Source of the DNA: Candidatus Moraniibacteriota bacterium
Lineage (GTDB): Bacteria; Patescibacteriota; Minisyncoccia; Moranbacterales; UBA2206
Reading direction: 5' to 3'
DNA: 64,000 bases
Assembly (NCBI GenBank): GCA_003482885.1
Contig: DMXN01000032.1
Span: 13,129-77,128, forward strand
The position numbers and the translations under genes were made by a program. Below the pieces are notes generated by a model. It was given only the letters and a program-made list of their open reading frames with translations. It did no database searches and was not told where the DNA came from. Positions 1 to 9,864 of the stretch are shown here, one piece after another. Positions within the stretch are counted from its first letter, which is position 1. Each line of letters starts with the position of its first letter.

Positions 1-2183
1 AAACGGCTGGCGTCATAACCGCGCGATTTCGCCTCTTCGGTTTGAGCGAAAAGCTCGCGAATAAAGGAAAAAACTCCGGTATAAGTGGCAGCGTTTGATC
101 TTGGAGTGCGGCCAATCGGCGCTTGATCGATGCTGATTACCTTGTCGATATTTTCCATTCCGCTGATTTTTTTATGCCGGCCGGGAGCTTCCTTGGTTTT
201 AAAAAAATATTTTGCCAAAGATTTGGCAAGAATATTGGAAACTAATGTCGATTTTCCGGAACCGGAAACTCCAGTCACTGCGATAAATTTTCCCAAAGGA
301 AAATCAACATTGATATTTTTCAGATTATGTTCGCAAGCTCCTTGAATTTTAATAAACTTACCCGCGCCTTTTCTGATTTTCTTTTTATTTCCAACTTTTT
401 TTCGGCCGTTTAAATATTCCGCCGTCAATGTTTTTGCTTTCAAAAGTTTCGGCAAATCTCCGGAAAAAATAACTTCCCCGCCTTCTTCGCCGGCTCCAGG
501 CCCCATATCGATAACCCAGTCGGCGGCACGAATTATTTTCTCGTCATGTTCCACCGCAATAAGCGAATTGCCTGCCTCGCGCAATTCTTCCATCGTGCCG
601 ATTAATTTTTCCGTATCGCGATTATGCAGTCCTATTGACGGCTCGTCCAAAATATAAGTGATGCCGGAAAGTTCCGAACCGATTTGCGTTGCCAAGCGAA
701 TCCGCTGCCCTTCCCCGCCGGAAATCGAATTGGCTCCGCGCGAAAGCGCTAAATAATCCAGTCCAACATTTTGCAAAGCCGCGGCGCGCGATTTCATTTC
801 TTTAACAAGTGGCGCGAGTATTTCTTTTTTCGCTAAACTTAGTTCGGTTTTTTCCAGTTCATCCAAAAACGCGGAAAAGTCCGTTAAAGACAAATCGACT
901 GCCTGATCGATTGATTTTCCCGCCACCAACACGGATAAATACTCTCTTTTTAATCTTTTTCCGGAACACAACGGACAATCTTTTTCAATCATGTATTTTT
1001 CAATTTCGCTTTTTGAACAATTGGAATTCAATTCTTCGTATTTTTTTTTCATCGCCGGAATTACTCCTTCAAAAATAATTTTAGGGTCGTTCGATCCGTA
1101 AAGCGTAATATTTAAATGTTCTCTGCTGATTTTTTTCACCGGAATATTCACGGAAAAACCGTATTTATCTCCCAGCATTTTCAAGATATTGTTGCCGCTG
1201 GCGGCTGACGCTCCGCGACATCCGAATTTATTCCAAAACAAAATCGCTCCTTCCGCCAACGAAAGATTTTTATTGGGAATAAGCAAATCTTCGTCAATCT
1301 CCTTGATCGCTCCCAGCCCCGCGCAACGCTGGCAAACGCCTTCGGGATTATTAAAAGAAAAATGTTTCGGCGTGATATCAGCCATTTCAAAAAAACATTC
1401 CTTGCAAACAAAATCCCTATTGTATATTTTCTCCGTTTCATTATCCTTAATTATCATCGCCATTCCTTTGCCCAACTTAAAGGCCGTTTCGATTGAATCT
1501 AAAATTCTTTCCCTGTCCGGACTTTTTTTATTAAACACTATTCGATCGATTACAATTTCAACATCGCGCATATCCTCCGTTTCATCTTGCGCCAACGCTT
1601 CTTGAAATGATATTATTTTTCCGTTAACGCGCAATCGCGCATAACCCAGCTGACCGACGCTTTTTAATTTTTCTTTCCAGCTTTTTCCTTTGCCATTAAA
1701 TTTCGCCAAAATCGCGATATTGGTCTTGTCGGGGGAATTAAGAATATCTTCCAGCACTTCTTGATTGCTGATTTTTTCCAAGGGAGTTTTGCAATATGGA
1801 CAATGCGGAACGCCGATTTTGGCGTAAAGCACGCGCAGATAATCATAAATTTCGGTCAAAGTTCCGACGGTTGATCTCGGACTGCGACCAATGCTTTTTT
1901 GATCAATGGAAATGGTCGGCGTTAAATTTTCGATTTTATCCACATCCGGTTTGGCCGAAATATCCAAAAATTGCGCCGCGTAACTGGACATACCCTCTAG
2001 GTATCGCCGATTGCCTTCGGCGTAAATTGCGTCAAAAGCCAAGGATGATTTTCCGGAACCGGAAAGTCCGGTAATAACAACCAATTTATCGCGCGGAATT
2101 TCCACATCGATATTTTTCAAATTGTTCACCCGCGCTCCGCGAACAATAATTTTCGAACGATCTTTAGATTTGCTTTTTAGCAT
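1..2183 (-). CDS. uvrA: Excinuclease ABC subunit A (UvrA), N-terminal ~727 aa; C-terminus lies beyond the left window edge
   Basis: Reverse-strand translation from the ATG at 2183 reads [51 protein letters not shown] (Walker A). Further in it reads [11 protein letters not shown] and, near position 1, [14 protein letters not shown], all typical of UvrA. It is absent from the ORF track because it runs off the window. Confidence 0.85.
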   Translation of the reverse strand, partial: MLKSKSKDRSKIIVRGARVNNLKNIDVEIPRDKLVVITGLSGSGKSSLAFDAIYAEGNRRYLEGMSSYAAQFLDISAKPDVDKIENLTPTISIDQKSIGRSPRSTVGTLTEIYDYLRVLYAKIGVPHCPYCKTPLEKISNQEVLEDILNSPDKTNIAILAKFNGKGKSWKEKLKSVGQLGYARLRVNGKIISFQEALAQDETEDMRDVEIVIDRIVFNKKSPDRERILDSIETAFKLGKGMAMIIKDNETEKIYNRDFVCKECFFEMADITPKHFSFNNPEGVCQRCAGLGAIKEIDEDLLIPNKNLSLAEGAILFWNKFGCRGASAASGNNILKMLGDKYGFSVNIPVKKISREHLNITLYGSNDPKIIFEGVIPAMKKKYEELNSNCSKSEIEKYMIEKDCPLCSGKRLKREYLSVLVAGKSIDQAVDLSLTDFSAFLDELEKTELSLAKKEILAPLVKEMKSRAAALQNVGLDYLALSRGANSISGGEGQRIRLATQIGSELSGITYILDEPSIGLHNRDTEKLIGTMEELREAGNSLIAVEHDEKIIRAADWVIDMGPGAGEEGGEVIFSGDLPKLLKAKTLTAEYLNGRKKVGNKKKIRKGAGKFIKIQGACEHNLKNINVDFPLGKFIAVTGVSGSGKSTLVSNILAKSLAKYFFKTKEAPGRHKKISGMENIDKVISIDQAPIGRTPRSNAATYTGVFSFIRELFAQTEEAKSRGYDASR

Positions 2184-2266
2184 AGGATATATAAAAAAAT
2201 TTTAACTCTTCGGCGACTCACCATCCTAGCTAAAAATAGTACATCAGTTTTTTGATTTTAGCAAGT

Positions 2267-2980
2267 TCACAATACCAGCATCTTTCCGTTTTCTCTCAGC
2301 CATTTCCTGCGTTTTTTATACTCCGGCATCACCGCTTCCACTTTATTCCAAAATTTGCGGGAATGATTTTTTTCCAAAATATGCGTGAGCTCGTGAATGA
2401 TCACATATTCAATAACGCTTTCCGGCGCCATAATCAAACGCCAATTGAAATTCAAGCTGTTTTTCGGTCCGCACGATCCCCAATTGGTTTTGGCGCTGGA
2501 AATTTTAATTGATTGATAATTTAAATTTAATTTTTGCGCTATTGTTTCCGCGCGCGAAGATATTTCTTGCAATGCTTGTTTTTTGTACCAACCAAACATT
2601 CTTTCTTTGGCGCGCCATAAAAAAACTTTCGGAAAAAACAATTCCTTGCAGTCACTATTTTTGTTTAATTTAATTTTTAAACTTTCTGTTATTTCTAATT
2701 GATATTTTTCGCCAAGATATGAAAATTCCTCGCCGGCGATAAACTTTTTTTCAATCGCCTTCGGCCATCTTTGAATTTCTCGCATTTTTCTCGCAATCCA
2801 ATCGCTTTTTTGCGCCACAATTTTTTCAATATACTCCAAGGAAGTTTTCATCGGCGCGCGCACAATTAAAGTCGCGTCGGAAGAAATCGCCAAAGCCAAA
2901 CTTTTTCTTTTGGAACGGATTATTTTTGAGATTTTGATTTGAGGCATTGTGATTAATAATTCACTGAACGATTTTCCCAA
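2267..2980 (-). CDS. DUF45/YgjP-like (WLM/SprT-like) HExxH metal-dependent hydrolase
   Basis: 237-aa ORF with the HELTHILEKNHSRKFW zinc-binding motif near its C-terminus; size and motif are typical of the YgjP family. Confidence 0.65.
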   Translation of the reverse strand: MGKSFSELLITMPQIKISKIIRSKRKSLALAISSDATLIVRAPMKTSLEYIEKIVAQKSDWIARKMREIQRWPKAIEKKFIAGEEFSYLGEKYQLEITESLKIKLNKNSDCKELFFPKVFLWRAKERMFGWYKKQALQEISSRAETIAQKLNLNYQSIKISSAKTNWGSCGPKNSLNFNWRLIMAPESVIEYVIIHELTHILEKNHSRKFWNKVEAVMPEYKKRRKWLRENGKMLVL

Positions 2981-3233
2981 TTGATTTCCAACCTATAACA
3001 TTAACATCAGTACGAAATTGATCGTCTTTGCCCGCAATCGATTATGAAATCAATCTCGCTGCCTTTGCTATCACGCCAAAAAATAAAAACTTCTCGATTT
3101 ATGTTTGAGCATCTCTTTTTATGTGCATACTATATTAAGCAATTTTAAAAAAATTATACCTTCATAGTACAGATTGAAGAAAAAAAGTCAACTTGCGCTG
3201 TTTTCACTTGCAAAAATAGATTACAAGCGCGTT

Positions 3234-3276
3234 TCGAAAAATAAAATAGGCAAAGTCCATCGCAACGGACTTTGCC
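3234..3276 (-). terminator. Rho-independent terminator downstream of the PKD-domain gene
   Basis: Perfect 10-bp stem ggcaaagtcc/ggactttgcc (3249-3276) with an 8-nt loop, followed on the minus strand by a T-rich tract. Confidence 0.5.
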
Positions 3277-3289
3277 TAACGGTTATGAC

Positions 3290-3946
3290 CTATTCGGCCA
3301 CAATACTCTTTCCCCAAACGGTGCTTGTCCCTCCGGGACAAGTCACCACGAGAGTGGGGTGGTACTCCCCCGGCCTCTCGTAAGTATGTTCCAACACGGG
3401 ACCTCGTCCCGTGCTTCCCGTGTCGTCTCCAAAGTCCCACTCGTACGAGCACGAGCGAGAATCGACCCCCTTTGCAAAGAGGGTCTCATCGAAAAAGAAC
3501 ACCCCGAGGGGGGCGTCCCCCTCGAGATACTCGCGATTGTCATGATACGGCCCCCGACACCCGGGGGGCAGTTCACTGGTCGCACTTTCGTCAAAGTGCG
3601 ACCAGACATCCCCCACTAAGAAGGAATCCGTGAAGCTGTCCGACCCTCCCGGGCCGGTCACCGTAAGGGTTACCTCGTGGTAACCCTTACCAAAAGTATG
3701 GAAAAAAAATATGCCGGAGCCTGTTGCTCCGTCAGTTGCCGACCATACCCGGGAGGTTATCCTCCCTTTTGAGGTGGACACCGCCAATAGCTTGAAGGGG
3801 TGAACACCCGCTCCTAGCCAGGGGAAATGAACAAAATTTGCTTTCGGCCGTCCAAAAGCAAATGACTCCACCGTCGTCGCGACGGTCGTCAAACAAACTG
3901 CCACCATCAAAAATAAAAAAATCAACCACTCTTTTTTCAGATTCAT
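3290..3946 (-). CDS. Secreted protein with two PKD-like domains; GC-rich, likely horizontally acquired
   Basis: MNLKKEWLIFLFLMVAVCLTTVATTVESFA is a signal peptide, and AAGGAG lies upstream of the ATG at 3946. Two PKD-like repeats are present (…HTFGKGYHEVTLTVTGPGG… and YEWDFGDDTGSTG…HTYERPGEYHPTLVVT). GC is about 55-58% against about 33% in the flanks. Confidence 0.65.
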   Translation of the reverse strand: MNLKKEWLIFLFLMVAVCLTTVATTVESFAFGRPKANFVHFPWLGAGVHPFKLLAVSTSKGRITSRVWSATDGATGSGIFFFHTFGKGYHEVTLTVTGPGGSDSFTDSFLVGDVWSHFDESATSELPPGCRGPYHDNREYLEGDAPLGVFFFDETLFAKGVDSRSCSYEWDFGDDTGSTGRGPVLEHTYERPGEYHPTLVVTCPGGTSTVWGKSIVAE

Positions 3947-4079
3947 TTTTTCTCTCCTTTTTCTTTTTTTTAAAAAACCGAGGCAATTTCGGACCATCCG
4001 AAACTGCCTCTCATCACTATCGAACATTTAACTATAATATCCTTTTTGAAAAAAGTCAAGGGCATCACTCGCCTGCTAA

Positions 4080-7052
4080 TTATGGCGCCACTTCTATCCA
4101 ATTGCCACTTGGCTCGGGACAGACATCGCAAGTTATTTGCTTATCGGGACAACCGGCGCCTCCATTGCAGTTCGCGGGAACTTTGCAACCAAAACCGCAG
4201 TTGCTATCGCAACAATTTTGAGAAACGGTTGGCAAACCGCATTTTGCTCCGCAATCTTCAGGCACGCATAAATAATTCGGAACGCAAGCGATGGTATATT
4301 CGCATTTCTTTCCATCCGTGCAAGAAGCAACATTCGTCCACGATATATTTTCAGTAAGTCCGCTTTCATCTCCTGCGCACTTAGTGGCGCCGTTAGGAAC
4401 ACTTCCCGCGCAAGAAAAAGGAATCGCTGCGCTAAAAACCGCGCCGGCTGTTTTATTTCCATCCATAGTAACACTGCATGATGAGTTTTTGTCGCAAGAG
4501 GAAGCAGCGCTACTCCATCCGTCAAAAATGGAAGTTCCAGTGGGAACTTCTTTTAAGTTGACAGATGTTCCGGATTCATATGTCCAAACACAAGTCTTGG
4601 GAACTGTTTGACTTTGAGTCGAGGGGCTGCCACAAGAATTTCCCGGAACCGCGGTATCACTCACTGTTCCTGTTCCTCCGTTGTTAAAATTCTTTACTGT
4701 GAGCTTATAGTTTCCTCCAAAATCGACCTTCACTTCTTTAATGCCTGTTTCGTGTTCCATTTTCACAGTACATATTTCTGGAATCTCATCTTCGTCGTTA
4801 GAATCAGAAGTGCTGTCGCATCCTGTCCAATTTATCGCCGTTACGCCATCATCGAAGTCAGCCGTAAGTGTAACATTCGTATCCACATCAAAAAAGGAAA
4901 GACAATTTTTTAATTGATCTTCATCATCCATTCCGCATCTTATTCCAAGAGGAGAAGACTTTACCCAGCCGTTGCCGACAGTATTCACTTCCAATCCGGT
5001 TTCAGCAACCAGCACTTTGTAAAGAATTTTGAGACCATTATAATTTTCTATGTCCGCCTCTGTACAATAATACAAATAATCATCGCAACTGCCCTCCCCG
5101 GGACCGATATATTTACAAGCTGATAAATTATTGTCAAATAAAGACTTAGCATTAGAGATACAAGAAACACAGGTATCGCAAACCTCTTGTTGTATATCAT
5201 AATCATAATAACAATTACAATCCGAAGATGACAAGAATTTAAGTGCTACCTCCGGAAAATCTTGTGAAATAAATGTGCCGCTTTTCTTAACCTCGCTGTG
5301 GGCGTTGACAACTGGCTTGCCGCCGATAGGGGTCACGGGAAAGGCATAATGATAAACTTTCAAAGGAAAAAAAGCGTGATGGTTTCCTCCCTTAAAAGGA
5401 ACCTGCTTTGGTTCTGTTACCCAATAGCTCGGGCTGGAACCATGAGGAGAATAAAGATAGGCTATTGTTGTTTTCTCATCATCTTCTTCGGATGCTCTCC
5501 ATGACAAAGTGAATGGATAATGCGCGCCGGTATTACTACAATCGTAAGCGTTAAATCCTGCTGTAGCTGTGATATCTTTTCCCGGAAGATAAAACGATTT
5601 ATCAATATTGTAATAAACGGTCTCATCTTCACCGATAACAACCGATTCCGCCCTTGCTTCTTTCGTTCCCGTTGCCGCTATCATCAAAAAGAATAAAAGG
5701 AAAATTCCCAAAGAGCCGGCATTTCTTTTTTTGATGAAAATCAAAGCGAGAGAAATTACCGTAATCAAAAGAACGAAAATCAAAACGACTGTTTTGGTTT
5801 TTGATATTTTTTCCGTTTGAATTTTTGCTTCGCCGCCGCCGGCGAAGACATCTGAACTTTTCATTTCAAAATTATTTTGGTCAAGAATATTTCCATCTTT
5901 ATCTTTGATTATGGCAACAACTTGCGGATTTACACAATCTTTGATAATCGGAATTTCCAATTCTATAAAATTACTTTGTTCATCTGTTGATTGAATAATT
6001 TTTTTTGAGCAATTTTCAACTTCAATATTCAGTGTCCCGTTTTCAAGTTTGGTTTCTCCCAAGCGCGAATTCGCGAAACCGTCGGCTGAAGCAGACCAAA
6101 AGAAAGAAACTTTGGCGGTTTCGCCTTTGGCATAATAATCCTTGTCCAAACGAAGATTTTGGACAGTGGCGCCAAGACCATGAAGAACATAATGAAAAAC
6201 TGTTTTATTGGAAATTGTTTTTTGCGATTGCGCGTCATTGAGCGCGAGCTGCGCGTCATACGCTTGCGGCTTCAAAGCTTTGGGCAAAGTGAAACTAAAA
6301 AGTTTTTTCTCGTTTTTTTCCAAATGCAAAGCAGTTTGATTTTCCCCATTGTCGGAAACAATTTCTCCGGCAACAGTGCGGAAATGCGTTTCAAAAAAAG
6401 GAATAAAATCAACAGCGGTTGAAAAATGATTGGTTATTTCGCAATTGCCGATAAGTTTTTCGTTTTCCGCGATATCCACTCCCTGATATAGAGTGTAATG
6501 CGTTTTTGATTCCTCTCCCTCGATCGTGAGATAACAAGAAGCGTTTGCTATTTCTAGATATTGCGTATTTTTCGCCGCGAGATCAACTTCTCCGACATAA
6601 GCCAAAGAATGGATCAACCCCTTGATGTTCATAGCTTTTATAAATACCTTGTATTTTCCGCTAAGATATTCCGGAACCGGATAAGCGATGCTCTCGGAAA
6701 CACCCTGTTTTTCAGCAAGACTGATTATTTTATCATAAACTTTTTCGTCTATCAGATATTGATTTTCGCCATCTTGCTTAATCAATTGAACTGAATACAT
6801 AATTTGCGGTTGAGCTTTCTCACGGTTGTACAAATCAAAAAGTATTCTCAGTCGCGATTTTTCTTGATCATATTTAACAATCTCGGCATTGTAAATATTA
6901 ACCGTGGAAATTATAACTGGCGTTGAATCATCCGACGAATTTCCCGCCACGACATCTTCCGCCCGCGCCGGCGAAACAAAAAAAGCCAACGCGAAAACAA
7001 TTAGCAGGCTTTTGGCAATTAAATTAAACCTTCTCTTTTTTTGTGTTTCCAT
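4080..7052 (-). CDS. 990-aa surface protein: signal peptide, two central hydrophobic segments, Cys-rich GC-rich C-terminal domain
   Basis: The N-terminus METQKKRRFNLIAKSLLIVFALAFFVSPARA is a signal peptide. A TM segment near aa 430 is followed directly by a second signal-like segment (LGIFLLFFLMIAATGTKEARA). The C-terminal 230 aa carry more than 25 Cys (CCDSNCGFGCKVPANCNGGAGCPDKQITCDVCPEP), encoded by about 50% GC DNA. Confidence 0.6.
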   Translation of the reverse strand: METQKKRRFNLIAKSLLIVFALAFFVSPARAEDVVAGNSSDDSTPVIISTVNIYNAEIVKYDQEKSRLRILFDLYNREKAQPQIMYSVQLIKQDGENQYLIDEKVYDKIISLAEKQGVSESIAYPVPEYLSGKYKVFIKAMNIKGLIHSLAYVGEVDLAAKNTQYLEIANASCYLTIEGEESKTHYTLYQGVDIAENEKLIGNCEITNHFSTAVDFIPFFETHFRTVAGEIVSDNGENQTALHLEKNEKKLFSFTLPKALKPQAYDAQLALNDAQSQKTISNKTVFHYVLHGLGATVQNLRLDKDYYAKGETAKVSFFWSASADGFANSRLGETKLENGTLNIEVENCSKKIIQSTDEQSNFIELEIPIIKDCVNPQVVAIIKDKDGNILDQNNFEMKSSDVFAGGGEAKIQTEKISKTKTVVLIFVLLITVISLALIFIKKRNAGSLGIFLLFFLMIAATGTKEARAESVVIGEDETVYYNIDKSFYLPGKDITATAGFNAYDCSNTGAHYPFTLSWRASEEDDEKTTIAYLYSPHGSSPSYWVTEPKQVPFKGGNHHAFFPLKVYHYAFPVTPIGGKPVVNAHSEVKKSGTFISQDFPEVALKFLSSSDCNCYYDYDIQQEVCDTCVSCISNAKSLFDNNLSACKYIGPGEGSCDDYLYYCTEADIENYNGLKILYKVLVAETGLEVNTVGNGWVKSSPLGIRCGMDDEDQLKNCLSFFDVDTNVTLTADFDDGVTAINWTGCDSTSDSNDEDEIPEICTVKMEHETGIKEVKVDFGGNYKLTVKNFNNGGTGTVSDTAVPGNSCGSPSTQSQTVPKTCVWTYESGTSVNLKEVPTGTSIFDGWSSAASSCDKNSSCSVTMDGNKTAGAVFSAAIPFSCAGSVPNGATKCAGDESGLTENISWTNVASCTDGKKCEYTIACVPNYLCVPEDCGAKCGLPTVSQNCCDSNCGFGCKVPANCNGGAGCPDKQITCDVCPEPSGNWIEVAP

Positions 7053-7346
7053 TTTTTTTATTTTAAAAATTATTTTTATATTTTTAATTATACGCTTTTT
7101 CAGAAAGAACGCAAGAAAAAAGTTATCCCCAGTCGAAAAACTAAACCGCGCGAAACGGATTATTTTCCGAAACTGTCCAAATATTTTTCAAAATCAACGA
7201 TTCATTTGGCTTTTTCGGGATAAAAGAGAAACGGCTCAACATCTTTCTCCGCTTGTTTTAGGTTTATTTTCGCGATAACTTCTTTCATTTCTCAAATAAG
7301 TTCTTTCCGGCTGTTAATGTTAAATCCTTTTTTTTTCGCGTTTTAT

Positions 7347-8009
7347 CTACAAACTGACAAATTTCACCGGCAAAACTTTGCGAAAAATTCCGGCAAAGAT
7401 AAAAGAGTCGGATTTGTGGATGAAAATCGGCTGATGAATCGGATTGGTCGATTTCGGAAAAAGCCCGATCACTTCATCGCTTACCTTTTTGTAATGCTTG
7501 ATCGTCGCCATTCCGTTCACCACCGCCACGACGATTTTCCCTTCCAATTCCTCCTGATTTTCGTATTTTTCAAAAATGACATAATCGCCATCGTTGATTT
7601 TTTCCTTATCCATCGAATCACCCAACGCTTTGACCGCAAATAACAGCGATTCGTCTTTATCGCGAAAAAGCGCTTTGGAAATTTGCAAAAAACCATCCAC
7701 ATTGTCCTGCGCGTAAGCCAGCGCCTCTCCGCAAGACGCCAAACCGTAGACCGGAACAGAAAAAATGTTTTTAAAATTAGCGTAATTTTTATTTTCCACC
7801 ATGTACAGTTTTTTCTTTTTATCGCGCTTTACCAAATCCTTTTTTTCCAGCGACTCGATTACTTGCATCACCGATTTCAAACTGTCTTTCACTCCTTGCG
7901 ATTCCAAATATTTTTGCAGACGGTAACTGGTGGGATTTTCTTTTGTTTTTTCAATCAGTTCTCGAACGGATTCGAGAATGTTTTGTTGTTTAGCGGTAAG
8001 TCTTTGCAT
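7347..8009 (-). CDS. lexA: LexA repressor (wHTH plus S24 peptidase)
   Basis: N-terminal LTAKQQNILESVRELI wHTH region. The C-terminus carries the S24 peptidase motifs GLASCGEALAY (A-G cleavage region), ALGDSMD (catalytic Ser) and ATIKHYKK (Lys). Confidence 0.85.
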   Translation of the reverse strand: MQRLTAKQQNILESVRELIEKTKENPTSYRLQKYLESQGVKDSLKSVMQVIESLEKKDLVKRDKKKKLYMVENKNYANFKNIFSVPVYGLASCGEALAYAQDNVDGFLQISKALFRDKDESLLFAVKALGDSMDKEKINDGDYVIFEKYENQEELEGKIVVAVVNGMATIKHYKKVSDEVIGLFPKSTNPIHQPIFIHKSDSFIFAGIFRKVLPVKFVSL

Positions 8010-8085
8010 TTTTTGTTTGGCGAAGATTATATAAATAAAATTTATTTTTACAATCGCGCTTTAAAATTATTTTATTATGCTGTTA

Positions 8086-8114
8086 TCTTAACATTGATAG
8101 TTTATCATTGTCAA
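8086..8114 (-). promoter_or_regulatory. Putative lexA promoter with a near-perfect palindrome (candidate LexA operator) in the spacer
   Basis: Minus strand reads TTGACA (8114..8109), an 18-nt spacer, then TAAGAT. The spacer contains the palindrome TGATA-N3-TATCA (8095-8107), extendable to caTTGATAgttTATCAttg. Confidence 0.3.
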
Positions 8115-8131
8115 GGGTGCGTTTTATGTTT

Positions 8132-8167
8132 TATGAAAACAAAAGGTTCAGGCGAAACGCCTGAACC
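8132..8167 (-). terminator. Rho-independent terminator of the dsbA-like gene
   Basis: ggttcaggcg-aaa-cgcctgaacc is a perfect 10-bp stem (8145-8167), with a T-run on the minus strand (aaaacaaaa on plus, 8137-8144). Confidence 0.55.
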
Positions 8168-8214
8168 TGCATTTTAGACACTCCATCCGTTTTTTTGCTT
8201 AACAAACACAAACC

Positions 8215-9321
8215 CTAATTCCCGCAAGCGGCGTCGGCGTTTCCCACACTGGCGGTTCCTTCGCCGAATCCGGCTGACGGAACAATGGCGGAAAGTTTAG
8301 CTGAACATTCTTTCGGTTCCGTTTTGAATCCGGAACAAATAGTTTTTAACAAGCTAGCGGAATCTCTTCCGGCCGCCGAAGCTTCCACTCCGTTAATCAC
8401 CAATGTCGGAGAACCTTTTACTCCATATTTTTCATTGTCGCTTTTATTGACATCGAATGGAGGAAATGTTCCATTGCTCCAACTGCCTTTATCGTTATAT
8501 TGCTCGGTTATTTTAAATTGTTTATCCGCTTCCGCGACGCATCCGGACAATTTCGCCGCGTTAATTCCTATTGATTTTGAACAAGTTTCACTCTTAGCGC
8601 TGTCTTTCAAAAAACATTTTAAATAAGCGCTTAATTTTGCCGGCTCATTTTTTTGAATGCAATATTGTTTCAAGTTTTCATCAATTTCTTTTTTCTCATG
8701 CATTGCGTAATTAACGAATTTCAGAGTGTAATCAATTTTCGCTCCAAGCGCGTCAATCACCGGCAAGATTCCTTTTTCAATTTGCGTTCCGTAGGGACAG
8801 TAGCTCATCACAAAAAGCTCTACTGTTGGTTTATCAGCCTTGGTAATTTCCGCCACCGGAACAGCTTCCGCTTGCGCTTTTTTTTGCTCAGTTATTTTCT
8901 GTTCCGTTTCCGCGATATCCATCGCGTTGGGGAAAAATTTCGTTCCGTCCAAGGAAAGATAAGATGTGATTTCTTGTTGTTGCTTTCCTTCGCCAATTTT
9001 CACTATCACTTTAAACATACCGTTTTCTTTTGTTACGGATCCTATTTCCGCTTTCATCCCTTCCTGTATCAAATTATTATTGATGAAATCTGTCACTTTC
9101 GTCTTCGCTTCCATTTGCGTCAAATTATGTTTTTTCCAAACCAATTTGTAATAGCCAAATCCCCCCGCGATAATAATTAAAAGCAACGCCACAATTATTT
9201 GCGGTAAAAACTTTTTTACTTTCTCGCAATTGCATTTCATTCTCTCGCAACAATTTGTTTTTACGGTTTCTTTCGCCATTTCCCCATCTGCCGAAGAGAC
9301 GGGATTTTTTTCAATTTCCAT
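8215..9321 (-). CDS. Membrane-anchored DsbA/BdbD-like thiol:disulfide oxidoreductase (thioredoxin fold, CPYG)
   Basis: Cytoplasmic Cys-rich N-terminus (NCCERMKCNCEK), one TM (LPQIIVALLLIIIAGGFGYY) and the thioredoxin-fold active site VELFVMSYCPYGTQ. Confidence 0.7.
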   Translation of the reverse strand: MEIEKNPVSSADGEMAKETVKTNCCERMKCNCEKVKKFLPQIIVALLLIIIAGGFGYYKLVWKKHNLTQMEAKTKVTDFINNNLIQEGMKAEIGSVTKENGMFKVIVKIGEGKQQQEITSYLSLDGTKFFPNAMDIAETEQKITEQKKAQAEAVPVAEITKADKPTVELFVMSYCPYGTQIEKGILPVIDALGAKIDYTLKFVNYAMHEKKEIDENLKQYCIQKNEPAKLSAYLKCFLKDSAKSETCSKSIGINAAKLSGCVAEADKQFKITEQYNDKGSWSNGTFPPFDVNKSDNEKYGVKGSPTLVINGVEASAAGRDSASLLKTICSGFKTEPKECSAKLSAIVPSAGFGEGTASVGNADAACGN

Positions 9322-9541
9322 AAGTTCTTTTTTAATTTATTAATTTTATGACTTGCTTAAACCACTGACACTTTGATATTATAGTTTTTTTTAAAACTTA
9401 GCGCAAACGCGAATTTTCAACTTTTTATGTTACGCTTTTTATAAGCCAAAAAGCAACCAAAAAATCGTTTTTCGCTATTGACTAAAAAACAACGGCATGC
9501 TAACCTCGAATGGTTATTAAGCAAAAATAAGATTTAAATAA

Positions 9542-9772
9542 ATGCTGAAATTTATCAATGCGATTGAAATTGTTATAGCTATTCTTTTAACCATTTCTAT
9601 TTTATTGCAAAACAGAGGCGCGGGACTTTCCGGAACTTTCGGAGGAGGATTCGGCGGTTATCATACTAAACGCGGATTTGAAAAATTTTTGGTTTTCCTT
9701 TCTATTTTTCTTTCTTGCGTTTTTATCGTTTTAGCTGTAATTAATTTGATTTTGACTAATAAATTAAATTAA
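9542..9772 (+). CDS. secG: Preprotein translocase subunit SecG
   Basis: 76 aa with two TM segments and the SecG signature LLQNRGAGLSGTFGGGFGG. Confidence 0.7.
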   Translation: MLKFINAIEIVIAILLTISILLQNRGAGLSGTFGGGFGGYHTKRGFEKFLVFLSIFLSCVFIVLAVINLILTNKLN

Positions 9773-9864
9773 AAGCTATTAGCATTAAACTCGAAAATTA
9801 TAAATGGCTTTCGCCGAAATACTGGACTAATCTGTATCAAGTCACTAATTTCAAAGAAAAGATT

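Noticed and set aside
130-2074. Several 60-140-aa plus-strand ORFs in the track (130..345, 809..1078, 1189..1605, 1796..2074)
   Set aside because: They lie antisense to or out of frame with the continuous minus-strand UvrA reading frame. They have low-complexity composition and no motifs, so they are shadow ORFs.
3174-3633. Plus-strand ORFs 3174..3383, 3272..3619 and 3325..3633, and minus-strand ORF 3343..3609
   Set aside because: They overlap the PKD-domain gene in alternative frames. High-GC DNA generates long spurious ORFs, and their Arg/Pro-rich composition is typical of that.
3732-4525. ORFs 3732..3986(-), 3838..4221(+), 4046..4357(+), 4133..4525(-) and 4291..4611(+)
   Set aside because: Alternative-frame or antisense overlaps with the PKD gene and the 990-aa gene in their GC-rich parts.
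7683-8177. 164-aa plus-strand ORF antisense to lexA
   Set aside because: Hydrophobic low-complexity translation with no start context, fully inside lexA.
8285-9180. Plus-strand ORFs 8285..8626, 8653..9180 and 8966..9151
   Set aside because: Antisense to the DsbA-like gene, which carries a clear CPYG thioredoxin motif.
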